Positions 25,616-38,960 are shown, counted from the stretch's first letter. The stretch is DNA of 64,000 nt from Camelus dromedarius (GCF_036321535.1 NC_087437.1:62808001-62872000); one strand, 5' to 3'. The notes: a model not told the origin generated them from the sequence alone. Numbers and translations: made by a program.

Positions 25616-26326
25616 AGCCTGCTGGTCTGGTCCTGCCTTCCCTGCCCCTTGTAAGGCTTTTTAACACAGCCTCCTCTCCCCAAGAACTGGCCTAAGTTTG
25701 TTACTAGCTCATGGGAGTGCCCCAGTCAGTCTTTACACAAGGGGGATACAGATTGGAATAAAAAGTGCTTCTTAAAATATCTACCTTTGGAAATACATAT
25801 TTTCTCCATTGGCTTCCAGTTTGCTTAATGAGATTTTGAGATTTGTAACTTGCTATAACTTGCTATCCAAAGGTGCGATTTTGTAAATAAAATTTAACAA
25901 TTGATTATAACTTGAACGTGCTGACTCTTATCACTGAACAGAATGGGTTAGAACTTGACCTCTCTTCTTGGCTGCTTTTGTCTCCTGCCTTGCTCTTTCT
26001 CTGGTGGAGGGAGTTGCCCTCCTGTTCCTGCCCGCCCCCCTCCACCTTCCCCACCACACTCATCTACTTCATATAGCCATCTTCATTCTGGAAGACAAAT
26101 TCTGCCGCTAGGCAACCAGAAGACAACATCAGTGTGGTTGATCAGTGACTGCAATTGCAGTGGTGCCGCCACCATGCCAGACGCACACTCACTGCATCTG
26201 TCCCCAACAGATAGAGCTTTCCAGAAAGTGGGATGGGGTGAATTCTTGGTAGAAAATTAAGGGCCTCAGCACTCAACAGAAAGTATTTATAAATCACTGT
26301 ATATCAACAGCCTGCTTTAGAATCAT

Positions 26327-26332
26327 TTTATT
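26327..26332 (-). promoter_or_regulatory. Candidate polyadenylation signal for Kal7 mRNA
   Basis: AATAAA in non-repeat sequence about 1.4 kb past the stop. A TGTA lies about 100 nt upstream and TGTTG elements lie downstream. Confidence 0.5.
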
Positions 26333-26849
26333 AGAACACATTCAAGAAAGTGACATATGGAAAAAAGACAGCAGCAATTCTCCATCATGCAAATGCCCAT
26401 GTTAAGGTTCTCCACTGGATTTAAATTCAAGTACAAAGACAGTCCTTTCCTGAGCCAGGTGCAATTCCAGAGAATGACACTTTGAATTGAGAGCACATTT
26501 CCTCTGCAAAGTTCAGAACACTGAACAACTCCCACCCTCACAGTAAGACTGTGAGCTACATGGACGTGTAAACTTTCAGGATTTTAAGGAACCCTTTACC
26601 CCAGCCCTCCCCACTAACCCAGTTGGAGGAAGTAAGCCCAACTTTGGGACCTCTTAGAAATAAGGTATAGTCTATTGAAAATAAAGCAGTGGGCCTTAAA
26701 AAATTAGAAAATGAATATATATATGTATATATATATTATATATATATGTAATGGAATCATCTTTGCCTCTTGCCTTGGTGTGGGGTTTCCATGAAGCTCT
26801 GTGTTGGGCTTTGGGTTCTCTTGAGTGTTTTGGAAGCTGGATGACTTTT

Positions 26850-27035
26850 AAAAAATTTTTAAAACTTTTTATTATGAAAAATTGCAAACATATATAAAAG
26901 TGGAGAGAAAGGTATAACGAACACCCACATCCCCACCATCTAGTCTCAGCAATTATCAACATGTGGCCAGTTTGTTTCATTTATTTCTTCTCCCACTTCC
27001 CACCCACCCCCCAACAGGAGAATCTGGAAGCAAAT
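26850..27035 (-). mobile_element. Old L1ME-type 3' end inside the putative Kal7 3' UTR, same orientation as the gene
   Basis: Plus strand TTTTATTATGAAAAATTGCAAACATATATAAAAG..CAATTATCAACATGTGGCCA, typical of an antisense L1ME tail. Confidence 0.65.
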
Positions 27036-27753
27036 GAAGGCCGGGAGGGTCATCTTTGAACCAGACACCTCAGGAGTGAATAATTTTAGGGAGGAGCTAG
27101 AAACTCGTGACAAAATCTGGGTAGGTAGAAGCGGATAAAATATTCATTGGGAGAAGTGGTTCCTGCCAATATTTGGGAACAACTGGAGTTAACCCTAATC
27201 TTCCATAAATCATAAACATAAACTGTCCCTCCTTCCTCCTCCCTTTTTCTCATGATGTGGGGGAGGCAGGCTAGATTAGAAGGGTGAGTTTTTTCCAGAT
27301 TGGAACCACTGACAATAGAAACATTCAACCTAGAGAAAAACTCTAGAGACAGGTACATCCCTCCAATGAACCTGCTCAGTCCCACGGCAGACCTTTCAGG
27401 CAGCGAGGGCCTGGGGTGGGGGTACCTGGGGTTCAGACTGGGGAGCTGGGGGAGTGCATCAGGCCATGGGGCCTCTCACAGGTCCCTACTGTCCCACCAC
27501 TTTAGACTTTGGAGAGAAGCTTGGCAACCCCAAATCACACCCAGTAGAGAAGCAAGGAGCCCCGAGAGGTGAGCCCATGGCCCAGGTGGGCAGATTTTGC
27601 TTGGAACATGTTGCCCTCTGAGCAAAGGCTGCACCCCACAACAGCCCTGCCAGAGCAGTCTCAAGAAAGGTGGGTGATGGGAGTCCAGGTGGGAGGTCCC
27701 AACGGCGGCACGGCTAACCCGGTGAGCTGCAGGGACAAGTCCCAGGCTGCGCG

Positions 27754-27816
27754 CTAAACGTAAGTGGAGAAAGGATCTCCAGGTCCCAGGTACCACCGAG
27801 GAGCAAGGTTGCCATC
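27754..27816 (-). CDS. KALRN: Kalirin-7-specific alternative terminal exon, coding part (DGNLAPRWYLGPGDPFSTYV*), C-terminal PDZ-binding motif STYV
   Basis: Read by hand: acceptor cccttttcttaacag|GATGGCAAC...TCCACTTACGTTTAG. Phase 0 matches the donor at 51490. 20 codons plus TAG. Matches the known unique 20-aa Kal7 tail. Confidence 0.96.
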   Translation of the reverse strand, partial: DGNLAPRWYLGPGDPFSTYV

Positions 27817-29319
27817 CTGTTAAGAAAAGGGCCGGGGCTCTGTGATTTGCATATGACTTTGCAAAAATTTCCATGAGATCCCGCAGCCCTTTATAGAAAA
27901 CAGAGTTAAACCATCAGTGCAACCTGGTGTATTTCTAGCAACCCAATGCACAGTGCAGCCTGGCAAATACAGTCATTTGTTTTAGAGGAAATGGAGGAAG
28001 CAGAGTGTGTGTTGGACACTGCTTGGTCTGAAGACTCAGAAGAAGCCAACTAGGTCCAGGATCCAGATAAGGATCGCTGACTGGCCACTTTTGTTAACTG
28101 TCAGAGCTCAAATCCATACACTTTTCCTCACATTAGTTCCCTGTAGAGCACTCCTGCTGTGGCTTCCCAACTTCCAGACAGATAAGGAAGAGCAGAATCA
28201 GGAATAATATAAATAGAGATGCATTAAATATGAGGTCCCGTGGCAGTGATCATTAGTGTTAATTTCATACCATTTTCATTTTGTTTTGTTTTCTTGCTTC
28301 AGCTCTTTTAGGGTCCCTCTGCCTTACCAACAAGTCATTCAACTGGAGAAAAGAGACTGAGAAAAATTTTTGCATTTATGTAGCAGCTCTTTAGTAGTAA
28401 CTGACTTAAAATTCCTATTTCAAGTGTTTCTGGGGTCCATCAAGTGGTAATTTGGAATTTTTCTAAGGCATGTGGTCCATGCAGGCTGCAAGGCTGAGGG
28501 AATGGATTACTGACTGAGCGAGGGAGAGAGTGGAAGAGACCCCAACTCCAGTATGGTGACACCATTTCTACCGGTCCATCAGAAGCAATGGAATCACTGT
28601 GTCTTTAAGAATGATGGCCCCTCAAAGAGAACCAACTTCTAGTGCTATTGGAAGAGCGAAACATTTTAAAAAGCAATGGCTCTCAGCCAAGAGAAACGTT
28701 CAAGATGAATGAAAGAATATGACCTCTCATTTGACTGTGGTTCAGCTCATGGTGCCAAAGGCTGCCTTATAGAAATAAGAAACTCTGTTAGTAAGAACTT
28801 TAGCCAGGCGAAAACTGCTCATTAAGGGAGAGAGAACATTTCAGCATCAAGCTCCAATGGCAGTTACCCTGAGCCTTGGGGACGGGAGGGGATGCTAAGG
28901 ATTCAGGAAGGAGATGAGATTCTGAAGAATGCCAGGAGCAGTGTGCATGCACTGAAGTACCTTAGAGCAAAGTGCTGGTGACCACTGAGCTTACTTTTCC
29001 CAGGGCAAAAGGGACTCAATAATCTTAAATCGCATTTTCCTTTGCATGATGTTACATTAATGGGAGGTGGCATCAGCTGTTCTGATTAGCTAGTCCCCCA
29101 CATCACAACTCACTCTCAGTATCAATGTAGTTTATAGATGTGCTATAGATGTGTCTGTAGAATTAATTTTAGTTGCAGTAATAATTTTATAAGTGCTGAA
29201 TTTGACATTTTGCTCTTTATACAGTGGTTAAAATTCTGAAGGGGGAGAAGAGTTTTAAAACTACTTTTAGTGTCATTATTATTAATAGCTAATTTGTCAT
29301 TTTTATCATCACTACTACC

Positions 29320-29550
29320 AGTTGCTAATATTTATTGTGTGTTTACCACGTGCCAGGCAAAGTGCTGAGTGTCTGGCATGCACAATTTCATGTAATTTGC
29401 ACCACAACCTTATGCAGTGGGTAATACCATTACCCCCATTTTGCAGACTGAAGCACCGAGAGGTCCTGCCCAGGAGCACACAACTAACTGGCAAGTGGAG
29501 GGCTGAGATCTGGACTGAGGCTGGCTTGACTCCAAAGCTGTCCTAGCCAC
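29320..29550 (-). mobile_element. MIR SINE
   Basis: TGCCAGGCA..CACAACCTTATG..CCCCATTTTGCAGA. Confidence 0.7.
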
Positions 29551-31139
29551 TGTGCGAGGTTGCCTTTTGTAAAGGAGACTCCATTTGCTAAATGATATTT
29601 GTACGTGTGTATGTTTGTGGATTCCAAAGGTCTTGGAAAACACCCCTCCCATATTTTGAGGATTGATTTTATCTTCGAGGACTTGACTAGAAGTGGTTTG
29701 GGTCACTTCATTAATGCACATTCATTAGATTTTACACAGAAACGTTTATCCCCTTTTAAACCTCATGTTGTGATGGTCTCTGTGCATCCACAAATCTGTC
29801 TGATGATGGTTCAATACGTGAGACAGCTAAGAATTAAAAGCATGTAGGCAAACTGAACACTCGTTCTCTAGAACTCTGAGAAAACACACACATGTTTACA
29901 TAGGAAGCCATTATTTTATATGGCTCAGTTGGTACATGGAAAGGGTACTTAACACCAATGCCCTGTTCTTAACTTTAAAAACAATGGCCATTCATGATCT
30001 CACTGAGGTGATTTTTAAAAAATCTGGCCGAGGGCAGACTAGTGGGAAAAGTTTAAATAGAAGTGTGCTTAAAAAAATGGCCATTAATTCTTTCTTGAAA
30101 TGCTAATGATCTCTATTATTTAGAAAATAACTGTCAGTTTGGAATTCACATATATCCCAAATTCAATCACCCTCTACCTCTGGCATTCTGATTCTGCTTC
30201 AGTAGGCCAGTGAGGAGCCTGGGATTAGCTTTTTGAAATGTTTCCCTGGGAATTCCAAGGGTCATGTGGTTTAGAAGGTTTAAGGCAGAGAGAGAACTTT
30301 TCTAGGCCCCAGCCACTCCATTCTTGGAAACCCTGAGTTTTGCAGCCTTTCATCTGCATTTTCACATCTACCAGCATATGCAGTTCCAGAAGCTCCTGTC
30401 TTTGGTACTTTCCATGAGAAGCAAGAATCAGTGAGACCTGCTTTGAATAGGCCAGTGGCTTCTATGAACCAGATCTCCCCAGAATTATTTTTTCGGGGGG
30501 GGGGGTGCTTAGGTTGAGATTTCTCCCATCTACCTCTATTCTGGTACAGACCCCTTCATATATAAACACTTTACTTATTTATTTAACATACTGGAGGTCT
30601 GATTCTACTAGACACTCATAATACGAGTTTTCTGAGCTATAAAGAGATGTTCTACAGTCCCCAGGTGCACAAAAGACATCATGAGAAATCCAGTGGTATA
30701 AAAATAGCCACAAGTGGGGGAATATATTTATTATATCATAGATCTACATCCTTTCTTGTTCCCTAAAGAATATGAGGCAGTTATCTTGAAAAATATTTTT
30801 AAATGCATCTTCAGTGGACTATATGTTCTAGATGTTTCTGTCTGATGAGTTTGGAAGCCATGGAGGCAATGATGGGCCTGAATTACTACTCCTGTGGCCA
30901 AGACACAATAAACAGCTTCCTCTAAATTCCTGACTTATGTGATGCTCCGCTAGGCACAGCAGACAGGGAGCAGTGGACACAGAACATGGTATGGGCTTGG
31001 TTTTTAATTCAGGTGAGTTTCATTCAGTTGGTCAGAAGGGAGGGTTAATAGGACTTACAGCACTGGGGCCAAAATGTGGCTTTGTGTGTTTCTGCCTGAA
31101 TCATCCAACTGTTTTTGTTAATGGACTCGGTGGGCAGAA

Positions 31140-31350
31140 GGCAGTGTGCACAGTGGACGTGAGAAAGACTTGGGTTCAAATCTCAGCTCTGCCACTTCCT
31201 GGAGGTGTGACCTTGGGCAGGTTATTTAACTTCTACATTTTCCTCATCTGCAAAATGAGGATAACGATACTTACCTTGAGAAAGTGTTGTGAGGATCGAA
31301 TGAGAGACTATACGTAAATGACCAGGCTTATAGTAGGAGCTCAGGAAGAA
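31140..31350 (+). mobile_element. MIR SINE
   Basis: TGGGTTCAAATCTCAGCTCTGCCACTT..TGTGACCTTGGGCAGGTTATTTAAC..CTCATCTGCAAAATG. Confidence 0.8.
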
Positions 31351-32864
31351 ATACTGTGGTCACTGTTGGGTGTTTCTGCTCTGGAAGCTTCCTTGGCCTG
31401 CCCAGTTACAGCAGGAACTTCCAAGGGGAAGGACTGCATGGTTCTCAGTAGATGGGGGGATTTGTCCTTGGCGGGGACTTCACTGCTCTGTGTATGTTCC
31501 TCCTTTACACCCAGGGAATGGCAAATACTAAACTGACTGGCTTAAAAGAGACTTTCTTCACCTCACATTTCAAACTAGAGCCCAGACTGGAAATGTTCCT
31601 TGATGGAACCATCAGAATGAAAAATTGAGATATAGAGAAGTTAAAATGTTGCATCGTGCAGGGAGAAAAGACATAAACATCATGAAATATATTTTCAGTT
31701 TAGCTCTTTTTCAAGAATTGATTTGTATGGCTTTCTCTGTTCCTTCATGCTTCCTACTCTGCCTAAAGGGTCTCCCTTTGGCTCTCCTTCTAGGCATCTG
31801 TTCGCTGCTCATACTGACCCCAGGCTCCTCATCCCAAAGTGAGGAAGTTACTGATAAGGACCGGTTGGCCAAGCAGCTCAGTGAGAGCAGGGAGGCCTTG
31901 GAGGTGGTGCAGAGCCATGCTGGGGTGTGCTTCTCCTGAGTGACAGGCCAGGGGCTCCCCACTTCCAGAACAGAGAAAAGAAATAAGCCACAGCGAGGAA
32001 GAGTCCATCTCTCTGTTTTTCATCTTTCCATTTCTCCTCCTGCTCAGGGAGCTCATGGAGAGAACTATGGGACCAGGCCGTGTGGGAGAAACACCCTTGA
32101 CAATGCTTGCTTCATGTAATTTTTTTGTTTCAAGTTCAGAAAGGTTAGGAACTGTCTCTTTATTAAAAATTCTTATCACAAACTTTCCCTCTGCCCTTAG
32201 ACGATGGAGATGAGGGAGGAGGAGGGAGGCGAGGGGTGGGGGAGCTATGTCTTGACCTAATGGTGAACCTGCTGTTTGGAAGCTTGCCGCCCGCACAGGG
32301 GTAACCCGTTCCCTTAATGGAGGCTCCCTGTGCCCTCCTACCCCTGGTGCCAGTGCCCTGACACTGATTGCTCTGGAAACCCCTCCCTCTGGAATCACAG
32401 TGGGCTAAACCTATCTTGAAACATGTCTGCTTTCTTCCTCGCCCACTGCATAGCTCTTCGTAAAAATTCTTCATGAACTTGAAAGTATATTTCAAGCTTT
32501 TCTTCATCTTTTCCACACTTCTCTAAACAGTTGAGTTTGGGGGGAAACCCTGATGAACTCATTGTTTGCCACTCCCCACCCCCTAAATTTTCCTTCGCTT
32601 TCCTTTCACTGTCCAAGGTCCTGACCTTCAAACCAAACAAAGTTGCCAGTTCCTCAGCTCACAGCCTTCAATAACCTTGGCCCATTTTGCAAGTCAGCCC
32701 AAATTCACTCCCTGGTCACTTTCTCTCATCTTGAGATACTGAGAAGTCCATCTCTCTGTTCCCCACTAGGCACCTGCTTGTCCCCTCGTCCCTGGTTCAC
32801 TCAGAGGGTGGATCTCAGCAATCATCTAATAATCCTGTCCCTGCCTATCCTTAAAAAATAACAT

Positions 32865-33090
32865 TTATTAGTGGGGTTTTTTGTTAATAAAAGTAATTTG
32901 ACTTGTCATAGAGAATTTGGAAAAAGCCACCATCCAGAAATAACCACTATTTACATTTTGGTGTATTTCCTTCATATATACACACGTGAATGCATATATG
33001 TAGATACAGATATATGTATACATGCATACAGAAGCACAGACTTGTACACATATATACACATCCACATTCCTTCTAATGTTTAACAGAAAA
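32865..33090 (-). mobile_element. Old L1ME-type 3' fragment
   Basis: CCACCATCCAGAAATAACCACTATTTACATTTTGGTGTATTTCCTTC. Confidence 0.6.
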
Positions 33091-34647
33091 ATTAGTCTTT
33101 CATATTTAGAGGGAAAAGGGAGACCCCAAGCAGGTGGGAGATAAAAATAACCCCAGGCTGCAGCTCAGGTAGGCTCTTCACCTGTGCCAGGTGTGGTCAC
33201 AAACCTTTGGAGCACATGACTTACTGGTTTAGAATGCCATGGGCCTGATGGTCAGGGAAAAATACGCAAGCTATTCCTGCCTCCCAAACCACAGAGATGA
33301 ATACTTCTCTGAGAGTAATATGGGAAACACATCCAGAGACACACAATAATTCATAAATATACACAAACAGAAGTTATACACATAAAACATATCCATATAA
33401 CAACTATTTTCTGAGCACTCTCTGTGAACGCCCAACTCTACCTCAGTGTGTTGCAGACAACACAGGGTACCACATATGAGACTTGTCTCTGTGGGTCTCA
33501 GGATTCAGTTGCTGAGACAAACATAAACCCATGGGAAACCGCAGCAAACTGGAAGAAGATGCTTTCTCACAAAGTACTGATGGAAGGCACTCCAGAGATC
33601 ATGCTAATAATGAGGAAGATGTGTTACAGCATTCTTCCTGAGGTCAGAAACACATCTATCAGGACAGAGAGAGAATTCTGGAGACACAGTGATGCAGTAT
33701 AGTTTGGTAGACAAAGGTGATTATGATTTGAAAGATCATTATACTTGAAGATAATCACACATATTTACTAGAGGAGAGGTTTGCAGACAGCAAGGGACCC
33801 AGGGGAGGGGCAGGACCAGGAGGAAGGGGTTTTCTCATCAGGAGGCTCTAGGTCCTAGAAAATGTTGCTGTGGTTTGGGAGACATGCATCTCCTCTCAAA
33901 ACTCCCAGGGACAGACTTTATACATTATATTAAAATCTAAAGTCAGGCTGAGGAATTGCCATCACTGTGATGGTCCAGTGGAGTGTTATTTCAGGAAGAG
34001 GACAGAGAATGAAAGAGAGCTAAGATGCCTTAGAGGTCCAACTTGGGGGGGGGGCTGTCTAGACCAGAAGCAGATCTGGGAGAGGATATATGAATTTAGT
34101 TTCAGTTCTGTTGAGTAGAATGAAGAGTCACCAAGTGCAGTTATGTCACAGACAGTTGCAAATGTGGTACTGGATCCTACAGCGAAAAGTAAGGGCTAGG
34201 AACAGAGATCTTTCAACTCATCATTACAAGAGCAACCTTATGCTAAGAAATGTGGCAAATACAAAGTAAATCATATAACATATGCTTTGGATGTTAAAGA
34301 ATGATATTCAATTTTGGGGGGAGGCAATATTGGTGACTCAGAGGTGGTGGTAGGGGATTAATATGGAGAAGCAGTGAGCATGTCCTGAAGGAGGCATGAG
34401 TCAGGCTGGCAGTGAGGGGTGGTTGGGACATGATTAGGTACAGTCACGAGGCATTCTGGAAAATGGAAGCAGCAGGAGCAGATCATGACATGAGTGGGGG
34501 CACTTGACTGCCATTGTTTACTAGGTACCAGATGCTGCAGTACACAGTAAAGATACAAGCATCATTAAGACCAAGACGTGATTGTCAAGTTGCTCACAAT
34601 GTAACAGGGGAGAAAGACACAGAGGCAACCAATTATTTGGTAGGCCA

Positions 34648-34731
34648 GTGAGGTTGCAACCTATAAACTGCCAAAATTCAATCAACCATTTTGGATCCAC
34701 AGAAATGACAGTTTCATGTGATTCAGTCTAA
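34648..34731. mobile_element. Decayed short mariner-type MITE (MADE2-like)
   Basis: About 80 bp with imperfect inverted ends (AGGTTG..AAACTGCC / GACAGTTTCATGTGATTCAGTCTAA). Confidence 0.4.
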
Positions 34732-36219
34732 CGTAAGTGCATTGCAATGTGTACAACAGATGAGGGTCTCTAAAGGATCATGTGTAGGAGGGAAAACTAT
34801 ATACACATCTCTGGGGATGGGCCTGTACCTTCTTCTAAGTAAATGTGCTGCTGAAGGGCTTTTAACAGACATGTGAGATATTGGAAGAAATGTTTCAGGC
34901 AGATGAATCTGGTGTCAGTAGAAAAGATAAAATCCCAGAAAGCAGTGGGGGGCATCTACGAGGCTATTTAAAGAATTTAAGCAAAGGGTGGCCAACGCCT
35001 GACCAGGGTGGTGAGACAGACATTTTGAGGGAATCACCTTCAGGTCTTGGCAACAGACTGGCTATCAGAGGATATGCTCCAAATGGATCCACAGATACAA
35101 ACCTAGGATCTGGAAATTCTTGCTTCTGCCCAAATAGGGACATCAAGCCAGGTTGCTGGTTTGAGAGAAAAAGAAAACTTTCTGGTGCTGAGACTGAGGG
35201 AAGCTGACAACAAACTGGAAAAACCTGCAGTGAGAGTGTTCACTATGTCACCATTTGGTCTTGTATTTGCTTGTTGGTTTCCTGGTTTCTTGGAAGAAAG
35301 CATTCATAAGGGTGGGGACTGGCTTGTTTTGTTTCACTGCTGCATCTCCAGCCTGGAGCATAGTAGGTACGCAAAAACAAAAAAGTGCTGAGTGACTAAA
35401 TAATGAATACAAACCTGTCATTAGGAATAACATTACCTCAGAGACATACTCTTGGAATTTTTATCATGGACATCAGAATGGAAGCAACAAAAACCTTGTT
35501 GAAGGTTGGGGAGGAGCTAGAAAAAGAAGAATCAGGAGAAGTTCCACTGTGGGGAGCAGGAGGTAACAAATGTGTGTCAAATGGCAGAAGAAAAGGCTAT
35601 GTTTGACAATGTGAGAGAGCAGAGGTGTTGAATGGGTGTGCTGGATGGAGGTGGAATAAGGGATGAGAGCCAGAGCATGTGGATGGATTAACCTTAGACT
35701 CTTTCTGAGTCAAGAGAAAGAATGAGAGAATAAAAGGACAGTTACACAACCAGGTGAGATAAGAGTAACTCTGTAACCATCATGCTGAAAAAAAAAAAAA
35801 GCCACTTAGTGTTTCTTGGATGCTACTCAATAAAGTCTAAATCCCTTTGAACGGTGTCCGGCGTCTGCCATGATCTGACCCAACCAATAATTCCAGTTTT
35901 GTTTCCCAAAGCTCACCTCCCAAACTGCATGCTTCATCAGACATATTCACTCCACATGCCCCAGAGGATACACTTTCCTTCTCCCTTTCCCTCCTCTTGC
36001 TGTTTGATGCATTTAGGGTGACTTTGCTCCCCACTCCCAACACTAATGCTGCCTGGATAAACTCTACCCTCTACCCACTTGGTAAAGTTTAACACTGAAT
36101 CTTCCCAAACTAATCTTCCCAAACTGTAAGTTTTATTTTCTTACTTATATTTGTCCCCAATTTCTAGATTTCTTTCTTACCCACAATGCCAAACACATTA
36201 CCTTGGGTTTATTTGGTCT

Positions 36220-36890
36220 TCATTTGTTCATTTAACAAATATTTACTGAGTACCTTCTATGAATCAGTATTCTTTTAGATTTGGTGATGCAGTGGGGGAA
36301 TAAAACAGGTATGTCTTTGCCCTCACGGACTTAACATCTGGAGGAGGAGGCAACTGTGTGGACAAACAAATGCTTCTATAGTTAATAATGGTGACAGGTT
36401 CCAAGAAATAACAGTATAGGATGTTGTGAGAGATATGACTTGGGGAGCAGAGTTAGTCAGAGGCTAAGTTAGTCAGGACAGGCTAAGACCTGAAAGAAGA
36501 GAGAGCAGATGGGGTGGACTGTGGCATGAGAGGAGAAAGAATTTTCCAGGCAGAGGAAACAAAGATCCTGAGATGGCAAGAAACCTGACATATTCAAGGA
36601 AGGCCAGGAAGGTGGTGAGGCAGGAAACAAGAGGAAGAGTGGCTCCAGTGATGAGAAGTGGACCAACGTCCAGATCATGCAGCCCGCATGGGTCACACTG
36701 AGGATTTTGGTATTCATTCAAAGAGCAAAGGGATGCTATCAAGGGCTTGACGCCACAGATGTGAAGATCACATTGGCAGCAGAGTAGAGGAAGGATTAGA
36801 GGGAGGTACGGTAAATGTCTGAGGACAAATTAGGAAGCTTTTTTTTCACAGGCCTTGTGTGATAGGACAGTGGATTGCACTACAGTGGAT
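36220..36890 (-). mobile_element. L2 fragment
   Basis: TTCATTTAACAAATATTTACTGAG.. followed by the purine-rich L2 body (GAAGGCCAG, GAAGATCACATTGGCAGCAG). Confidence 0.75.
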
Positions 36891-37909
36891 TATACAGACC
36901 CTCAACAAATACCAAAGGTGTGCAGGCTCAATCACTAGGAGTGAGAGTCAGTCACTAGGCCTGAGAAGAGTTGACTTTCACCTTTACATATCTGTCCACT
37001 AATGTAAACCACAGTCAACATCACCTCAGCTCTCCAGAACCCTTAGGAAATGTGTCTGTCAGGAAAATCAAGTGTTCTGGACTAAAGGTAAACACCAACA
37101 CCAACTTTTTCTCCCCATTTAAATCTTCTTAATGAATACGTTTACATCTCTGACTCCTTAAAAAGCAACAGACACTGAACATAATTTCCCCTTTTGTTGA
37201 CAATTACAAACACCAATGTGAGTAATAATTATGGTGTAGTACAAGACACAAGGGAGTCCTAAGGCCTGCTGGGTCACACAGCACTGCTGGTCCCTTCACT
37301 AAATAGAACCCAACTGTTGGAGTTTTATTTCCTCCATCAGCTTTTGCTTTCATAGCTTTTCTGCTCCCTCTCTTGCTGTCAGTAGCTCAGCCTTTGTGGC
37401 TATTAGTGTGTGTACATAGAAGTAACTTTCTCCTTTTCCAGTTCTCTTATGGGCTCAGTAACTAGATGCCAAAGATAGTAACAATTACATATAAAACTAG
37501 GATTTGAGAGGCTTTCCTGTGAGCATAGATACTTAGTTTTGCTATGCAAAGATTTCTTTTCTGGGTCTTGAATCTGTCAGACAACTGAGTTCCAAATGCA
37601 ATGGACTTGTCATCTTTTTTTCTAATACGCTTCATTGCTTTAACTGTAGTACCTGTCACATAATGTGTAGAGTAAATTGCACAGACAGATATATTTTAAA
37701 AAGTCAACTAGTTCTTATTCTTCTACTAAAACAAAGGTAAACTTAGGGATTGGCAGAAACCCACATTATATATAAAGTTTCCATGTTGGCACACTATTCT
37801 GTGGAGAAACAAGTGATGAACTGAATTTAAAGTACTAAATGTACGAAATTTCTCATTATGTCACATCACACGAGCCTCTAACTTACAAACGCATTACCTT
37901 CAAAACGTC

Positions 37910-38960
37910 AAATAAGGTTTATTAAGACACAATATAGAGAGTGAAAAGACAAGCCACAGAGTGAAAGCAGATATTTAACACATGTACAACCAACACAGGA
38001 CTAATATCTAGAATACACGAAGAAGTCCTAACATGCTTAAGAAAAAAACCAGACAACTCACTAGATAACTAGGCAAAGGTTTGAACAGGGTCATCATAAA
38101 GGACAACATCCAAAGGCCCAATAAGATATGAAAAGATGTTCGGCCAGGGGAAAGCATATTAAAACCATAAACAGATATTACTACATACCCATCAGATACG
38201 CAAAATCTTCTGAAGTCTGACTTTATCGAATATACATGAGGACGTGGAGCAACAGTATCTCATGGATACTGGTAGAGGTGTCAACCTGGTACCAACATTT
38301 TGAAAAACAGATTACATCATCTACCACCTAGCAACTTCTTGCTTTTTTTTCACCTTGCAATTTCACTCCTAGCTCTACTTCCTAGAGAAACTCAAGTACA
38401 TGTGTACAAGGATACATATACAAGAATATTCACAGAAGCATTGTTCACAATAGCCCCAAACATCCCATGTACAGAAAGGATAAATAAATTGTGGTATATT
38501 CATACAATGGAATACTATACAACAATGAAAATAAATGAACAACTATATACATCAGCATGGATGAATTCCACAAAAGTAAGTGTTGAGTGAGAAAAGACAC
38601 ATACACACACACAAACACACACACACAAGCATACAGTATGATTCTAGCCATATAAAATTTAAAAACAGCCATATTGAAACTATATTGTTTAGGGACACAA
38701 ATACAGGAGGTAAAATAATAAAGAGGAGTAAGGACATTATTATTATAAATGTTAGGAGAATGGTTACCTCCAGGCAAGAGGACAGGGTTGTGACCAGAGA
38801 GGGGCACACAGGGGGTTTCTGGAAAGCTGACAATGTCTTGCTTTCTTGACCTGCATGGTTACTACATGTATGTTCACTTTATAACTATCCATTCAAATGT
38901 TTAGTGGTCTTTATGTGTTTTCAGCATATACATTTCACACTAACACATTTTTAAAAAGTT
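37910..38960 (+). mobile_element. Old L1 (L1MC/ME-type) 3' end of ORF2 plus 3' UTR
   Basis: ORF 38300..38590 (TRIFTEALFTIA...INKLWYIHTMEYY) is the L1 ORF2 C-terminal signature. Confidence 0.88.

Larger units (their letters stand above)
26300..27753 (-). other. KALRN: Putative 3' UTR of Kalirin-7 (3' end approximate)
   Basis: Follows the TAG at 27754-27756. Minus-strand AATAAA at 26980-26985, 26868-26873 and 26327-26332. Which one is used is inferred, not shown. Confidence 0.55.

Noticed and set aside
31829..32398. 189-aa minus-strand ORF
   Set aside because: No recognisable homology or convincing exon boundaries, and no ATG start. Treated as chance.
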